From: Lama guanicoe
Lineage: Eukaryota
DNA length: 64,000 nt
Direction: 5' to 3'
Assembly (NCBI GenBank): GCA_013239625.1
Contig: MU053645.1
Span: 1,356,274-1,420,273, forward strand
A program made the position numbers and the translations under genes. Of this stretch, positions 14,088 to 27,429 are shown one piece after another. The notes beneath the pieces are model-generated. The model saw only the letters and a program-made list of their open reading frames with translations. It was not told the DNA's origin and ran no database searches. The first letter of the stretch is position 1. Each line of letters begins with the position of its first letter.

Positions 14088-14491
14088 AGTGGCAGAGACT
14101 GACTAGTTATCCACCAAACCCCTTTTCTCTCCATCCTAAACACGCAGCTAGAGTCTACTTCCCAGCCTCCATTGAAGTTAAACATGACCACTGACTGTGG
14201 GCACAAGCTACACACCCAGTCCTGGCTCATAAAAACCTCACACACATGATTCTCCATGCCATTCCTTCTTCTGCCAACTTGACACAGAAGAGAATGGCAA
14301 CCTTGGGGTAGACATATTGAAGACAGAGCCACAAGATGAAAGTAGCATGAGTCCCTAGAGGGTGGCCTCTAGCCAATCAGGAGCACCTATTTTGAAATGT
14401 TCTTTTTTTGCATGAAAAATCAACTATTGTGTCAAATCACTGAGAGCTGGCAGTTTAACTGTTACTGTAGTTCTATTATCCTAACTAATAC
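14088..14491. mobile_element. Ancient MaLR LTR (MLT1J-like)
   Basis: gtggcagagactgactag..ctacttcccagcctcc..cctggctcataaaaacctc..gagccacaagatg..ctaactaatac. Confidence 0.75.
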
Positions 14492-15494
14492 TCTAGCAAA
14501 GCCTTTAGGGAATGAAAGAGAGGACAGATAAACCTTTGATGTCAGAGGAAGCACTGGCATTGGCTGGGTCCTGCAGTAGGAAGTACTGGGCGGCCACGGG
14601 GTAGCTCAGGGAGTCTGGAATGCTGGGATGTGAAGTAGCAGCAAAGACAAACCTCTCTGTTTTGCCATTTTGCCTGGGGACAGCCCTCATTGAGTAATAA
14701 ACCCGAAGCTGCAAGATGAATCACCTCAGCGTGGTACTATTTATACCTCTGATCCCTACTCATGTTCCTGTTCAAAGAGCACAGATTTATAATTTTAATT
14801 ATCTAAAACTTGTAGAGATTTAAACATCTGTTTTAAGTGTTCAATAAGTATTAGAAAAGCAATCCATTTTTCTTTAAGCCAGGTCATGATTTACAGTTTT
14901 CTGTGGCTTGTACAACTCACTGCAGCCAATGCCCAAGGGGAAACTTGAGAGAGAAGCAAGGAGCACTTTAATTAGACCACAATTAATTCCACTTAGGCTG
15001 CCTCCATGAAATGTAACCACCCTAAAGAACAGTAAATCATTCAATTACTGATTTTGATGTGTTATTCAGCCCCAAAGCCAAAAGCAATAGTATTGATATT
15101 GAGTGTTCTCAGCTTTGAATTTAGTGGCAGTCCAATGGCACCTGTTCCGTCTGAGGAATACTTCAGAGGCATTTTAGTGATGCGGAAGCTTTTATCCAGT
15201 CTATAGGATGAAGGCTTGATCTAAAAGTCTTTATAATTTGATTCAGGAGACTTGGAGTGTCTCCTCCTCCAAGACTAGTAGTTTAAAAAGTGTGGGGGTA
15301 TGATCCCAACCGGAAAACACAAGAGATTTAAAGAGACCTATTTCCAGAACCAAACAGCTAATTCTTGGATTGCTCTTAATTAGAATACCATCTCTCTCTT
15401 TATAGAGAAGAACCACATTCTAATGGAAAGAAAATGTAACCAGGGTCAGGTAAACTGGGATCAGTATTGGCTGAACCCGAGAAAGGTATAATCC

Positions 15495-15900
15495 CTCATC
15501 CAAAACACAAATCTGATCATATTACTTTACTGCTCAAAACTTCCCAATTACTTCAGACTACTTTTAGAATGGAATCCAAATCCTTACCATGGTCTATAAG
15601 ACTCAAATCATCTGGCTCCTCTTGATTTCCCCCAGCCTCATCTATATGTTCCATTTACACTGGCCTTCTCTGAATTCTTCATAAGTATCACACTTTTTTC
15701 CACCTCCAGGCTTTTGAATAGGCTCTCTGCCTGGAAGGCCCTTCATTCTTACTCTTCTTCATCCAAATAACCCCTACGTGTCCTTCTGGTTTCTGTTCAA
15801 AATGTCCATTCCCCAGCCAGACCTTCCATGTGCCCTGAGCTCAGGCTACAGCCACCCACTATATGCTCTCATCCACTTCCTCTATTTCTTGCATTCCCAA
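15495..15900 (+). mobile_element. L2 fragment
   Basis: aaatctgatcatattactttactgctcaaaac..aatccaaatccttaccatgg..ctctgcctggaaggcccttc. Confidence 0.7.
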
Positions 15901-16477
15901 ACTTCTATAATACAATCATCTTAAGTTTTAAATAAAAGGTAAAATTTAAAATGTATCACTACCAACACAGGATATAATACTATATCATATCAACCAGCTA
16001 TAGGATAGAACTGTTTGGTTTTCTTTGTGGGGGTGCTGAGGAATAAAGGACAAAGGCACTTGTAGAGAAGACAACAAGGAGGGAGCACCACCAGGGAGAG
16101 ACAGGGAAAACTTGAGGGATGAAGGCCTTGAGCAGGTATTTAGAAGAAAAGGGGTACAGAAGGAGAGAGAAAGGAGACTGAAGATCTTCATAATGCTGCT
16201 GCTAATCAGTTCTGGTCCTCAACTCAATATGCAAAATAGGACCACAGATGAGATGGAGATGAGGGAGTAGTCAGGGATCAGGTGGGGGTCAGACACGTCT
16301 TGCAGTCGCTCCACATTTGACCAAGAGTCCCCTGGTTATAGGACGTGCTCATCTCAAAAAGGGCCATTGAGCATTCTGAGCAGAGCATCTGGGAATTCAC
16401 CTGTTTTCTGCAAGTTCTGCTTTGCAAATTTTCTTAGTGTTCCTTCAGAGTTACAATTTACTTTTATTTATTCATTT

Positions 16478-16555
16478 CTTTTTTATTGAAGTATAGTTGA
16501 TTTTCAATGTTGTGTTAGTTTCTGGTGTACAGCGTAGTGATTCAGATATATTTAT
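16478..16555 (-). mobile_element. Short L1 3'-end fragment
   Basis: ttttattgaagtatagttgattttcaatgttgtgttagtttctggtgtacagc; same 3' end as the copies at 35346, 43833 and 52257. Confidence 0.8.
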
Positions 16556-16845
16556 AGATTCCTTAATTATCCAAACTTTATCTGATCAGATATCTATTAG
16601 ACGGTGCTATGGGAAAAAAGAGGTGAACCACAACATAATCTTTTCACTTCCAGACTGAACAGTTCCTGCCAAACTCTTGCTCAATACCCATTTATTTCAA
16701 ATGAGTGCATCTCTTTGTAGTAATTTTTTTAAAAACAGGACTAGAAGCTAACCAAATTCTAACAGGCTTTCTGAAGAATCTTTATTGTTTCATTGATGAT
16801 TAAATTAAAATACTCATAAAATTTCTAAAAACTATAGAATATAGT

Positions 16846-17035
16846 AATAATAAGAGCTGGTATTGACTAATCATTTACTAAGGTACTATGCTACCTACTA
16901 TACATCTGTAGGACTATTGTTATCTTTATCATTTTACAGAAGAGGAAATTGAAGACTAGAGAGACCATGTACACTTCCTGAGGGCATATGGCTAGTAAGT
17001 GACAGAGCCAGAAGTTAGGCCTAAGTCGTCTACGT
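16846..17035 (-). mobile_element. MIR
   Basis: attttacagaagaggaaattgaagactagagag..ggctagtaagtgacagagcc. Confidence 0.75.
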
Positions 17036-18752
17036 TAACCTGGCTCAACCATTGCTCCACATGGCTAAGTAGTAAAGTATATGGTGAAAGTCTCTCAGAA
17101 TGAGGTATGGGTTAGGCTGGCTCAAGGGTTGGTCAAGGATGTTTCTTGCGAATGTTATTGATAATTAAAAACGAACGGTACTTTTATAGTTTGACAGGGA
17201 TCTCTTGATGCCATCTGTTTCAAAATGACTGTGTTAAAATGCCCTGCTTCTGAATTCAACACAAAAGCCCTTAGAGAGAAGGGTCCTGAGAATAGATGAA
17301 AAACCTCACAGCCAGCCCTGGCTCCCTGCTAGACCTGGAGTGACACTTCACTTGGTTTCCTAGGTAAGGTGGTCATTATACTGACCAAATCTCCAGAACT
17401 AATTAAGCCAGGAAAGGCCAAAGGAGGACTGGATTAAAGGAGATGAGGTCTAGCTGCAGTCCAAGACCTCGTGCTCATTCCTTGTGAAAGAGACTAAAGA
17501 GAGCAGAGCTGCTGCTTGAATGGCATGTAAGTTGGCTCACTCCTATTCTTTCTCCCTCCCTCCCCCACCCCTCCCTCCCTCTCATCCCTCACACACTGAA
17601 AAGGAATAATGATGGCCTTTCCAAAGATAAGAGGATTTCATTTCCCACCACCAAGCCAAGAAATACTCTCAGGCATTTAACACTTCAACAACTTATTTGA
17701 AGCAATTGCACTGAAGGCAGCAGCTGACTGTGAAACACACACAGCAGGCCCACTTCTGCTCCTAGCCATTCACAGAGCTCTCACTGCAGCTCTCTGACAT
17801 CTCTAGGCTGGTAAAGGAGAGCCGCAGGACCTTTAGGCCTTTTAGAGGGGATTATTTTCAAAAACTTTCTTCATCTAACCCTGCTCTAACTAGAGTTCCA
17901 AAGAGAACTGTTACACAGCATCTAAGAAGACACTTTCTTAACTGGGTGAGAGTCTATCACCTGAACTAGGATTTTTCTTAAAAAGAATGATTAGTCTTGT
18001 TTAGTACACGCACACACACAGATCAACATATGAAAATAATCAGGGGAGAGAAGAACAAGGAGAACAATTAGGTATATAGGAACTGAAATAAATCATGTAA
18101 TGTGGACACCAACCCCCTGCAGCACTCTGAAGTGGTACCCGATAATTTTCTCACACCCCGAATACCTCAGAGCCAGAAGTTTGGGAGGTATCATCCTTAC
18201 TCCCCATGTGCTATCTCTAGTGCTCTTTACTCTTACAAACCTCTCCTTTGGCTTATGTCACCTAATTATATCAACCTCTCTCTCTCCTTTCTACAGCTAT
18301 AAGTAATTCTCTCACTTATCCTCCCCAATCCATGCCCTGTCGTCCTTCTTAGTGACATCAATATCCATATAGTTGGCTCTTCCAAACCTCTGGCTTCTAA
18401 TCATTTCTTGACTTTTGAATTTCCATTGGCCTTCCCCTGCACCCCAGCTTAACCACCCATCCCTAAGATCCCTGAATCTGCTTCACCTTCCATATCACTG
18501 ACTCTAGCATCCTGCTCTCTGAAAACAACCTGTTCCCTTTCCACTCTGCATTTTCAAGTACCTCTATTACAACCATTTTTTTTACTTCATTGAGATTTCC
18601 AGTTTATTGACTTCTTCAATTTTTCCCAATCCATCAGCTAGGATTTCTTTAACTCACTTTTTATCCAGTTTAGATCCCTCAGTCCATGTTTTCAATAATT
18701 CTTGTCAATATCCTCAAATCTCTTGCCTCTCTATCATTTCATTGTATCCATC

Positions 18753-19662
18753 TGTGGGTTCTGGTCATCGTGGGTTTTGTCCAGCAAAAGTGCCACCGCG
18801 GAAGAACGAGATTACTCAAGACTTTATGAAGTCAAGAGAGTGAAAGGGAGCTGGAGACCAACTCCCCGAGCTCCTCCAAAGCTCTTGTATTTATTGAGAA
18901 GAGTCAAACAAAGAGTCAAAGTGAAATACATCATAGGAATGAGTAAGGAGTGTGGTATACGTGCAAGGATGCAGGTCAGCAGTTTCAGTTCGTGAAACAC
19001 AGAAACATTATAATCTTGATTTATACTTAGAGAGAAGGTTACAATATTGATAGTACAAGCAATCATTTTTAGCCTCAAACAATCATGAGCAAGGTTTTCA
19101 GTGTTACTAATAATGAAAACCCAGACCACCACAGAGTCTCCCTACAATGATCAGAAATCATCTAAGCGTGCGAAGCAGCCCCGCTGCTCCCAGCTAAGGG
19201 CTAAGTCAGGCTTCTGCGAGCAAGGGCAGCCTGCACTGCCCACCTGCGCCTGATGAGCGAAGCGTGTCCTGCCGGTTAGGGCCGGGGACGCGGTCCGGTT
19301 TTCCATAAGCACAAGCAGCCCTGAATCTACGACCTCGAACTAAGCAAAGCGAGCAAAGCATGTCTCTGCTTTTTACGGCAAGGAGACAGATTGTAGCAGG
19401 TTCCTGCTAGCAAAGCAGCTTCAGGGCAACTGAGCTCAGTTCCGTAGATAAGGTGGTGACTGGTATTGAGAGTTTAGTCTTCGGTGCTTTTGGACATTTT
19501 GCTTTGAAGTAGCAGTATAATGACAAATATAGAAAGCACTGGCTTTGATTATACATTTCTTCTGTGTTTACATAAAGGTGAGAATGCATAAAGGTGAGAA
19601 TGATTTGGTAAAAGCAATCATTACAATATCAAAGTTTGTTAACCCAAGTTTATGCTCCCACA
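18753..19662 (-). mobile_element. Solo LTR of an ERV2/betaretrovirus-like endogenous retrovirus (910 bp)
   Basis: Terminal inverted repeat TGTGGG...CCCACA. 6-bp TSD tccatc (18747-18752) / tcaatc (19663-19668). Minus-strand AATAAA at 18890-18895 and candidate TATAAA at 19020-19025. CpG-rich compared with its flanks. Confidence 0.85.
19571..19602. repeat. Perfect 16-bp tandem duplication in the LTR U3
   Basis: cataaaggtgagaatg x2. Confidence 0.95.
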
Positions 19663-20034
19663 TCAATCTTGCAAAACTTTAACCCCAGATGAACACTGCT
19701 GTCCACTTCCACCATGTCTTTATCAGAGTGACTGATAACTGCTAGACAAAGTCACAGAAGAAAGACTAGGACAACTTTGTGTTCATGACTGCCAGCCTCA
19801 TACATGTTCTCAACACCACTTGCAATCCTAATGTGTCTTTGGTGAATTCCATTTCCAATTCTCTACAAATTACTTCACATTTTCTCCATTATCCTCAAAC
19901 CTCTATCCCTTGAATCCATCATCCTTCCTCTGTCTCAGCAAATTACAGAGAAGATTAAACCATTAGACATAACTGCTCTACTTTTCTTGACTATAAACAT
20001 AAAGGATAACCTACACCTGTGTGTGTCTTTTCAC

Positions 20035-20245
20035 AGTTAAGAGCCAGCTCTTCCATTTGCTAGCTGTGTGAATTTTATCAAATCACATGGCCTTTCTGGG
20101 CTTTTTATTTTCTATAAAATTTAGACAATAGTAATACCTAATTAATAGGTTTGTAAACTTTAATGAGTTAATGTGTAAAGTGTTTGGAGTAGTGTGGGGT
20201 ACATGGTAAGCCCTATTTCACTATTTGCTATTTTGAGTATTGTTA
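20035..20245 (+). mobile_element. MIR
   Basis: ccatttgctagctgtgtga..ctataaaat..atagtaataccta..tgtgtaaagtgttt..acatggtaagc. Confidence 0.75.
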
Positions 20246-20899
20246 TGATCCTCCTTTCCTCCTGTTATAATAAAGGAACTAGCGTTCCTCCTAGCTAAGG
20301 TAAATTCCTCTACCTGTGCCTAATAGCCCATCTTGTCCATTTATACCAGGAACCTCTCATCATTCAACAAATATTTGTTAAGTCCCTGCTATGTGCCACT
20401 TTTGCTAGGCTTTGGGTATACAGGCAGGTTTGAATTTGTAGTATTCAAAGTATAGCAAGAAGTCCATCAGGGCTAGAGTCGAATGAGAAAGACAGTCATA
20501 TGATATGGGAAAGGTATTGTTTGCTGAAATCTCATTGGCTGCCATTTTGTTTCAAGACTATGGACAAAGCTATAAATTGAACTTTACAGAAGACCTATTA
20601 GCAGATATTAGCAAACCATCCAAATGAGTCAACTTCAGAAGGTGCGATGGGATGTCAGGATTCACCTTAAAATCAAGTTGGCTAATAGAGTTCATTCAAT
20701 GATTTAAAGAGGCTAAATCAAGAGCCTACAAGTGGCCGTATCCAACCCATCTACTGCCACCCATTCCTGTTAGTTGTGACTTACACTGTGGGCTCTCAAT
20801 GATCCATTCTTCATCTTCATAACTTATACCATCTCTCTGCTTTGGAATTTTCCTGTTTGCCTCGCATAGTGTGGCTTGTGTTTATGCAGCAGTGGATGA

Positions 20900-21230
20900 G
20901 TGCACTGGCTCTGCCATTTATTAAATAGACACATTCCATAACTTCTGTGAGTCTGTGTTTCCTTATCTATAAAGTCAGGATAACAACATCAATTACATCC
21001 TAGCACTGTTGTAAGGCTTCAATGGTAGCACATGTAAAGCGCTCAGAACGGTGCCTGGCCTGTAGTAAACGGTTAAAGGGTGATCGCTGAAGACCAGTTT
21101 GGCCTAAGTATCATTCCCAGCTCGACACCTTACTATGTGACCTCAGGCAAGTTAACTTACCTCTCTAAGCCTCCATTATTTCATTTATCGAATGAAATAT
21201 AATGTAGGGAAAGTGCTTAGCACACAGCAG
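20900..21230 (+). mobile_element. Two tandem MIR fragments
   Basis: tttccttatctataaagt..catgtaaagcgctcagaacggtgcctggc, then tgtgacctcaggcaagttaacttacctctctaagcctc. Confidence 0.75.
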
Positions 21231-23446
21231 TGACTCTTGTTACTATGATTAAAGTCTCAAACTTTGCATTTAAAAAGCCACATTTCCTGTGCCCCCTCTC
21301 CATGTAAAACTGTATTGTTCGCTGCCATATATTTCCTTCCTCACCCTTTGGCCACTTTCCCAAATCCTAATTATCTTTCCTCTCATTATAGGATCCCTCC
21401 AAGGCTAATGTTCCTACCCACAATCTGACAGCCTACCTAACATTATATGCACCTTCTGTCACCCCAAACACATTTCAACTGTCACTTGTTCCATCTTTAT
21501 CCCATTTATTTTTGCAGGTGATTATCACACTTTGGATTTCTTTCTCAATTGGGGTAGTTCCCTGGCAGCAAGACAGAGCAGGCCTGAGAAGGGGCTGGAA
21601 GCCGACCATGGGAAATTCATCCCACAGAAGGTGACAAAGGAGATACAGTCAAGCACACAATGTCTGGAGTCCAAAGCAAAACCATATCAATCACCCGAAG
21701 GGCCAGTGCTTGGGGTTTGATGGATAGGGAATGCTAAGTAGCAAAGGATCCACCAGGGACAAGGAAACTAGGGGGAGTGAAGCAGTGATAGTCTGGGATG
21801 AAGGAATAGAAAATGATTTCATCTCTTCCTCACGAGGATTTGAGGCAACTCCATTATGATTTCAGAGTTTTTGATTTTCCTTTTGTAAAGGCGTTAAACA
21901 TCTTCTCTGCAACTTCCCCCTATGCCATGTAACTAGAAATTTCCACCATTAGAGATTCATTCCTTTAGGTTGAATGAGTATCTCTAGGATCACCCTTAAA
22001 AATGCTTGTATTTCTGGGAAAGATATATATGATCCCATCAGTGAGCAACTGCTGTGTCACCTAGGGGAGCCCTAAAGGAATGGGACCCAGGGCTGAGAAG
22101 TTTTAGTTGGGGAGGGGTGGTTTCAGGAAAGGTCAGAGCAAGAAGTTATAGTACTTCTGTGAGAGCCAAGAGCATGCAAGGTAAACATAAAGGAAGAGTC
22201 TGAGCCAGGAGGGAACAGGTCATTGGATACAAAGCACCAAGGGCCCAATGTTGTCCTAATTTCCCCATTTAGTGACCATTTATTACTTATTCTCTTACTT
22301 GACCTCATCATGGGAATGACTTGGTTGACCTCTTCTCCCACTCACAAAACTCTCTTCCCTGGAGAGTCACCTTTGATGTCTCCTTCTCCTTTATTTTCTA
22401 TATCAAAAGAAACATGATGTCCTACTGAGTTTGTCTCAGAAGTATTTTTTTTAAATCTCTCCCCTCCACTCCATCCCTTCTTTCACTGTCTTAATTTCGT
22501 CCCTCATCATTTAACACCAGAGCATCCATAATCCCTTCTTAACTGCTACTTCTGCAAAGCTCCTATCCCATTTCTACACTAATACCAGAGTGTCTGAAGT
22601 CTTAAATCTAACCATGTCTTTCCACTGCTGAAAATCCTTCTGGCACCCAAATGTCTTGCCCTTTGCCAATCAGTGAATACAGATGAGGCCACGTTAATAC
22701 TATCACCAAAATCATGATAGCTCTCAGCTCCTACCTGTTTGAATGCAGGAAGTTCAACCTTTTACAGAATATTTCTAGAAACCCTCAGGGGTGCTAACAG
22801 CTGTCCATAAATCCTTCCCAGCCATCTCTTAACTGATGCAGATGTCTGAGCCAGGATTCTGCACCCTGAGATCTACAAAGTATCTAGGAGGAAGCATTTC
22901 AACCTGGAAGTTTGCTCTGGCTGAAGTCACTACCGCCTAGGTGCTCTGAACCTTAGAAACTACCATGTGAGATAAGAGGACATTATTTGAATATATATCA
23001 TTTGACTGTAGCTGCTACCACAGCCTCTGACAAGCTAATTCCCATGACACACAGGTCAGGAAGAAGGGATGCCAGAAACAGAAGACCACTGCTGTCCATT
23101 CCATGGTCTTTAGTCTATAATACGGCAAGTGACTACCCGGCCTTCTAAGCAGATACAACTACCCTCTGGGGGGCTCCTACTGCAAACACTTGCCCCAGAG
23201 GCTCATCGGCCAGGCCTTCCGTCTACCCTGTGAAGCGAAACATGAGTGAGAAACACCCCCTAGCCCAACTTCCCTTCTCTCGCTTTACAGAGAAGCTCAT
23301 TTCAGAAATACCTCTTTGCACTCTGATCATCTTCTAGGGTGTCCTAGCAACTAGAAAAAGTACCAGATGAATAGGGATGCTCTTGCTGAGAATTCCCTCA
23401 GGATATCTGTATACCACATGTGGCTAGCCTAAGACAGAAATAATTT

Positions 23447-23668
23447 TAAAAGCTAACACTCACATGGCACATACTGTTTGCCAGACACTGTTTTAACCGT
23501 TTTAGCACCATAGAAGATAGATAAATATCATCCCTATTTTACAGACGAGAAAACTGAGAAACATGGAGGTAAACAACTTGCCAAAGGTTATACAGCTAAC
23601 AAGTTGTAGAGCCAGGATTAAAACCCAGAAAGTCTGGTTCAAGACTATGTACTAAGTCACTCATTTTA
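23447..23668 (-). mobile_element. MIR
   Basis: tgccagacactgtt..ctattttacagacgagaaaactgag..aacttgccaaaggttatacagcta. Confidence 0.85.
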
Positions 23669-23832
23669 CTGGAATTGTTTAGACGTTTCTCTGAGGAGCA
23701 GTAATGATTTAGCTCCAGCTGGGTATGTGTCTTCCTTCCCTTCTTCTCCCACCTGCCAGCAACCACTGCCACCCCACCTCACTGATAGCCTTTTCAGACC
23801 TCTGGTCACACCTCTGTATCCATAGCCTTAAA

Positions 23833-24300
23833 CAAGCCTGTCCCTAACACATGTGGGGAACCGGGACAAGTATACAAATGGAGGTCTGTATACCATGTGT
23901 CCAAATGAGTTTAACAAATTGTTAAATAAAATATGTTCTGTCTCCCTACCTTTATAAATATACCTTTATAACAACCTGGAAGTCTAGGTTTGTAGAATTC
24001 CTGGCTCTTCAGAGTTCTTCATAAAAATCTGGCAGCACAAGGAAAGCCAGCCTACCTTCCTTCTCTGCCCACTCCTGGCTCCACAATACACCATCCTGTA
24101 CCATACCATCTTGTGTGTGCTATATGGGTGGAAACTCTAGTCAGAGTGTAAAAGATCCATCCACACATCCCACAAACAGTCACTCTTCGGCCTAGATGTA
24201 TGCACACTAGGTCCAGTCTGCCTTTGGGAGAACAGACCCTAGAAAGAGGCTCATGAAGGCTCTGGAAGTAGATTCCAAGCCATTTGATATGAGAGAGAGA
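23833..24300. mobile_element. MER115-like hAT-Tip100 DNA transposon fossil
   Basis: caagtatacaaatggagg..taccatgtgtccaaat..ttgttaaataaaatatgttctgtctccctacc..aacctggaag matches recalled MER115. Confidence 0.65.
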
Positions 24301-24942
24301 TTGACAAGAGAGGTTACAATAGCACCTGGTATAATCACTATAGAAATCTTAGCTATGATGAATCCTCTCATGAAAATACACACATCGTATGTGCAAATGA
24401 GGCAGAGTCCCACCCTTAAAAAGGCATAGTAGCTCTGACTGCCCATGCACAGAATCTAACATATTTTGGTGAGAATAAGTTTCTGAGCTGTGGAAACACA
24501 ATCTTCCAGTCCAAACTTCCTCACTTTTCATGTGTGAATTCAAACACATAAAAAAAGGAGCAGATATCATTTTGTAAGCAAATTCTTAATCTGTTGGAAA
24601 AGAAAATTAAGCAAAGAAAATTAAGTAAAAACATGTTTTCATGCTCATTCTGATGAACCCAACCATTCTTCAACACAAATGCAGAGGTTATTAGTTTTTT
24701 TCCCTATTATATAAAGTGCAAAGAGTTGGAAAAAAAGATGTGCAATGTGCGAAAATCAAATAAGTGAAGTGCAGGGCTGCCTAAATGGTATGGCGAGAAA
24801 ACTGAAAGTTGCCCTACTCAAATTTAATTTCCCCTAGGTGCTAGAAATTCCACTAGCTCAAATTTGCTTCCTTGAGTTAAGGCATCTTTTCCAGAAACCA
24901 CACTTTGGAATGGGCTGGAAGGTCATTTATAAACCCATTATT

Positions 24943-25657
24943 TTTTTATTGACATATAGTCAGTTTACAATATTGTGTTAATTTTTGCTGTACAGCATAG
25001 TGATTCAGTTATACATATATACATATTCCTTTTCATATTCTTTTTCATTATAGGTTATTACAAGGTATTGGTGCAGCCATTATAGAAAACAGTATGGAGA
25101 TTCTTAAAAAACTAAAAACAGACTTACCATATGATCTAGCAATCCCACTCCTGGGCAAATATCCAGAGAGAACTCTAATTCAAAAAGATACATGCACCCC
25201 AATGTTCACAGCAGCACTATATACACTAGCCAAGACATGGAAGCAACCTAAATGCCCATCAACAGATGACTGGTGAAAGAAGCTGTGAGAGATACACACA
25301 CACACGTACGTACACAATGGAATATTACTCAGCCATAAAAAAGAATGAAATAATGCCATTTGCAGAAACATGGATGGACGTAGAGATGATCAGATTAAGT
25401 AAGGTTGCTGAGAGAAGGACAAATGTCATATGATATCACTTATACGTGGAATCTAAAAAACGGTACAAATAAAATTACTTACAAAATAGAAATAGACTAA
25501 CAGACATAGAAAACAAACTTATGGTTACCAAAGGGGAAAGGGGAAGGGATAAATTAGGAGTTTGGGATTTGTAGGTACTACTGTTATATATAAAATAGAT
25601 AAACAACAAGGTCCTACTGAAAAGCACAGGGAACTATACCTTGTAATATCTTGTAAT
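24943..25657 (-). mobile_element. L1 with 5' inversion (twin priming)
   Basis: Poly(T) and minus-strand 3' end at 24943-25070, joined to a plus-strand ORF2-end/3'UTR segment at 25071-25657. TSD aacccattatt (24932-24942) / aacccatcatt (25658-25668). Confidence 0.85.
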
Positions 25658-25874
25658 AACCCATCATTAGCCTTAAATTGTTAGTGTGAAGTTTACCACC
25701 AGATGACCAAGATCTGAGCACAAGGTCCTAGGGCCAAGATTCCCTAAGGTCTTCACTGGGTCTTCACTGAAAAGAACAGAAGTGAGGGAGCTAGTCAGCT
25801 CCAGAGCTCTGGGGACAGAGCCAGAAAAGCAGAGAACATCCAGAATATCTTTGTTTCAAGGGTTGTATCTTTCC

Positions 25875-26718
25875 AACTCAACAACGAAAAAACCCACCAA
25901 CAACCCAATTAAAAATGAGCAAAAAACTTGAATAGACATTTCTCTAAAGAAAATATATAGATGGCCAATAACCACATTAAAAAATGTTCAACATCAACAA
26001 ATCATTAGGAAGTAGCAAATAAAACCACACTGAAGTATTACCTCCTACCCATTAGTATGACTAACAAAGAACAAAGCAGAAAATAGCAAGTGTTGGCAAG
26101 AATGTGGAGACACTGAAGCCCTTGTGCACTATCGGCGGGACTGTAAAATGGGGCTGCTGCCGCTGTGGAAACCAGTATGGTGGCTCCTCACAAAAGGAAA
26201 CAGAATCACTATAAGATCCAGCAATTCTACTTCTGAGTATATATCTAAGAGAATTGAAAACAGGGACTCAAAGAGATATTTTATGTCCACGTTCATACCA
26301 AAATTATTCACAATAGCCAAAAGATGGAACAATCCAAATGCCCATCAAAAGGTGAATGAGTTAAACAAAATGTAGTACATTCACACAAAAGAATCTTATT
26401 CAGTCTTGAAAAGGAAGGAAATTCTGATACATGCTACCACATGAATGAATCTTGAAGACATTATGATAAGTGAAATAAGCCAGTCACAAGGGGTCAAATA
26501 TTATATGATTGCACCTATATAAGACACCCAGAATAGGCACATTCATAGAGACAGAAAATAGAACTATGGTTGCCAGGGGCTGGGAAACAGGGAGAAAAAG
26601 TTCTGGAGATGGATGGTAATGATGGTTGCACAACAATGAACGTGTACTTAATGCTGCTGAATTAAAAATGGTTAAATGGTAAATTTTATGTTATATATAT
26701 TTTACTATAATAAAAAAG
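25875..26718 (+). mobile_element. Old L1MA/MB-type 3' portion
   Basis: Degenerate ORF2 end (ttgaatagacatttctc..ttattcacaatagccaaaagatgg) and 3' UTR ending ggtaaattttatgttatat..taataaaaaa. Confidence 0.88.
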
Positions 26719-27429
26719 TATTACTACCTGCCTATCAAAAAACTTCTAACCCTCATGAGAATATTATGTCACTAGTATTTATACAATTTTTACAAAGAGT
26801 TCTATCTTAAAATGTTTTGTGTTCCAGACCATAGTATATCCATGTTTGTGTAAATGCTTTTAAAAAGATCCCAAAATCTTGGACCAAACTTGATGCTCTA
26901 AGGTGTTCGCCTGGAGGCTGCAGAACAGGACACATTGTCCTCTGCCAGCAATTCAGCAAAATCAGGAAAAAGCCTGACCCATCCCCCTTTAGTTGGATCC
27001 TGTCACTTGGATTCTCCTTTGTCCCTGTTCCTTTCCTATTGGCCTGACTTTCTTTTCCTCGCCAAATGCCCAACTGGTCCCAAATGATCATTGTGCCAGT
27101 CTTCTGGAAAGCAAACTTGCTACCTAGTATATAATCCTTAACATGAGATTATTTTGTTGTAGTTTAATCTTCCTTAGCCCACTGCCACTGCAGTAGTAGG
27201 TTTCAGGTGGTGTCACAGTGCCTTTTGATTAATTTAACTATTTAATGATCATCTTCCTTCCTTGGATCTATTTGGCCTCTCAAATGACTTGAGATTTCTG
27301 TTAAGAAGCTAATAAAGTGTCCATGTGATCATGGGTCTAAAAAAAAAAAAAGAAAGAAAAAAACAGGACACATTTTCCTCTGCTAGCAGTTTGAGAAGTA
27401 AAAGTATACAGCAGAGATTCTTTACTTTT

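Larger units (their letters stand above)
18200..19990 (+). mobile_element. L2 internal fragment interrupted by a solo LTR
   Basis: C/T-rich L2-like sequence on both sides of 18753-19662 that joins up across the LTR (..tcctcaaatctcttgcctctctatc..|..cttgcaaaactttaaccccagatgaac..). Confidence 0.6.

Noticed and set aside
18824..19589. LTR-encoded accessory ORF, like MMTV sag
   Set aside because: Only short 60-102 aa frames with non-ATG starts and no recognisable similarity.
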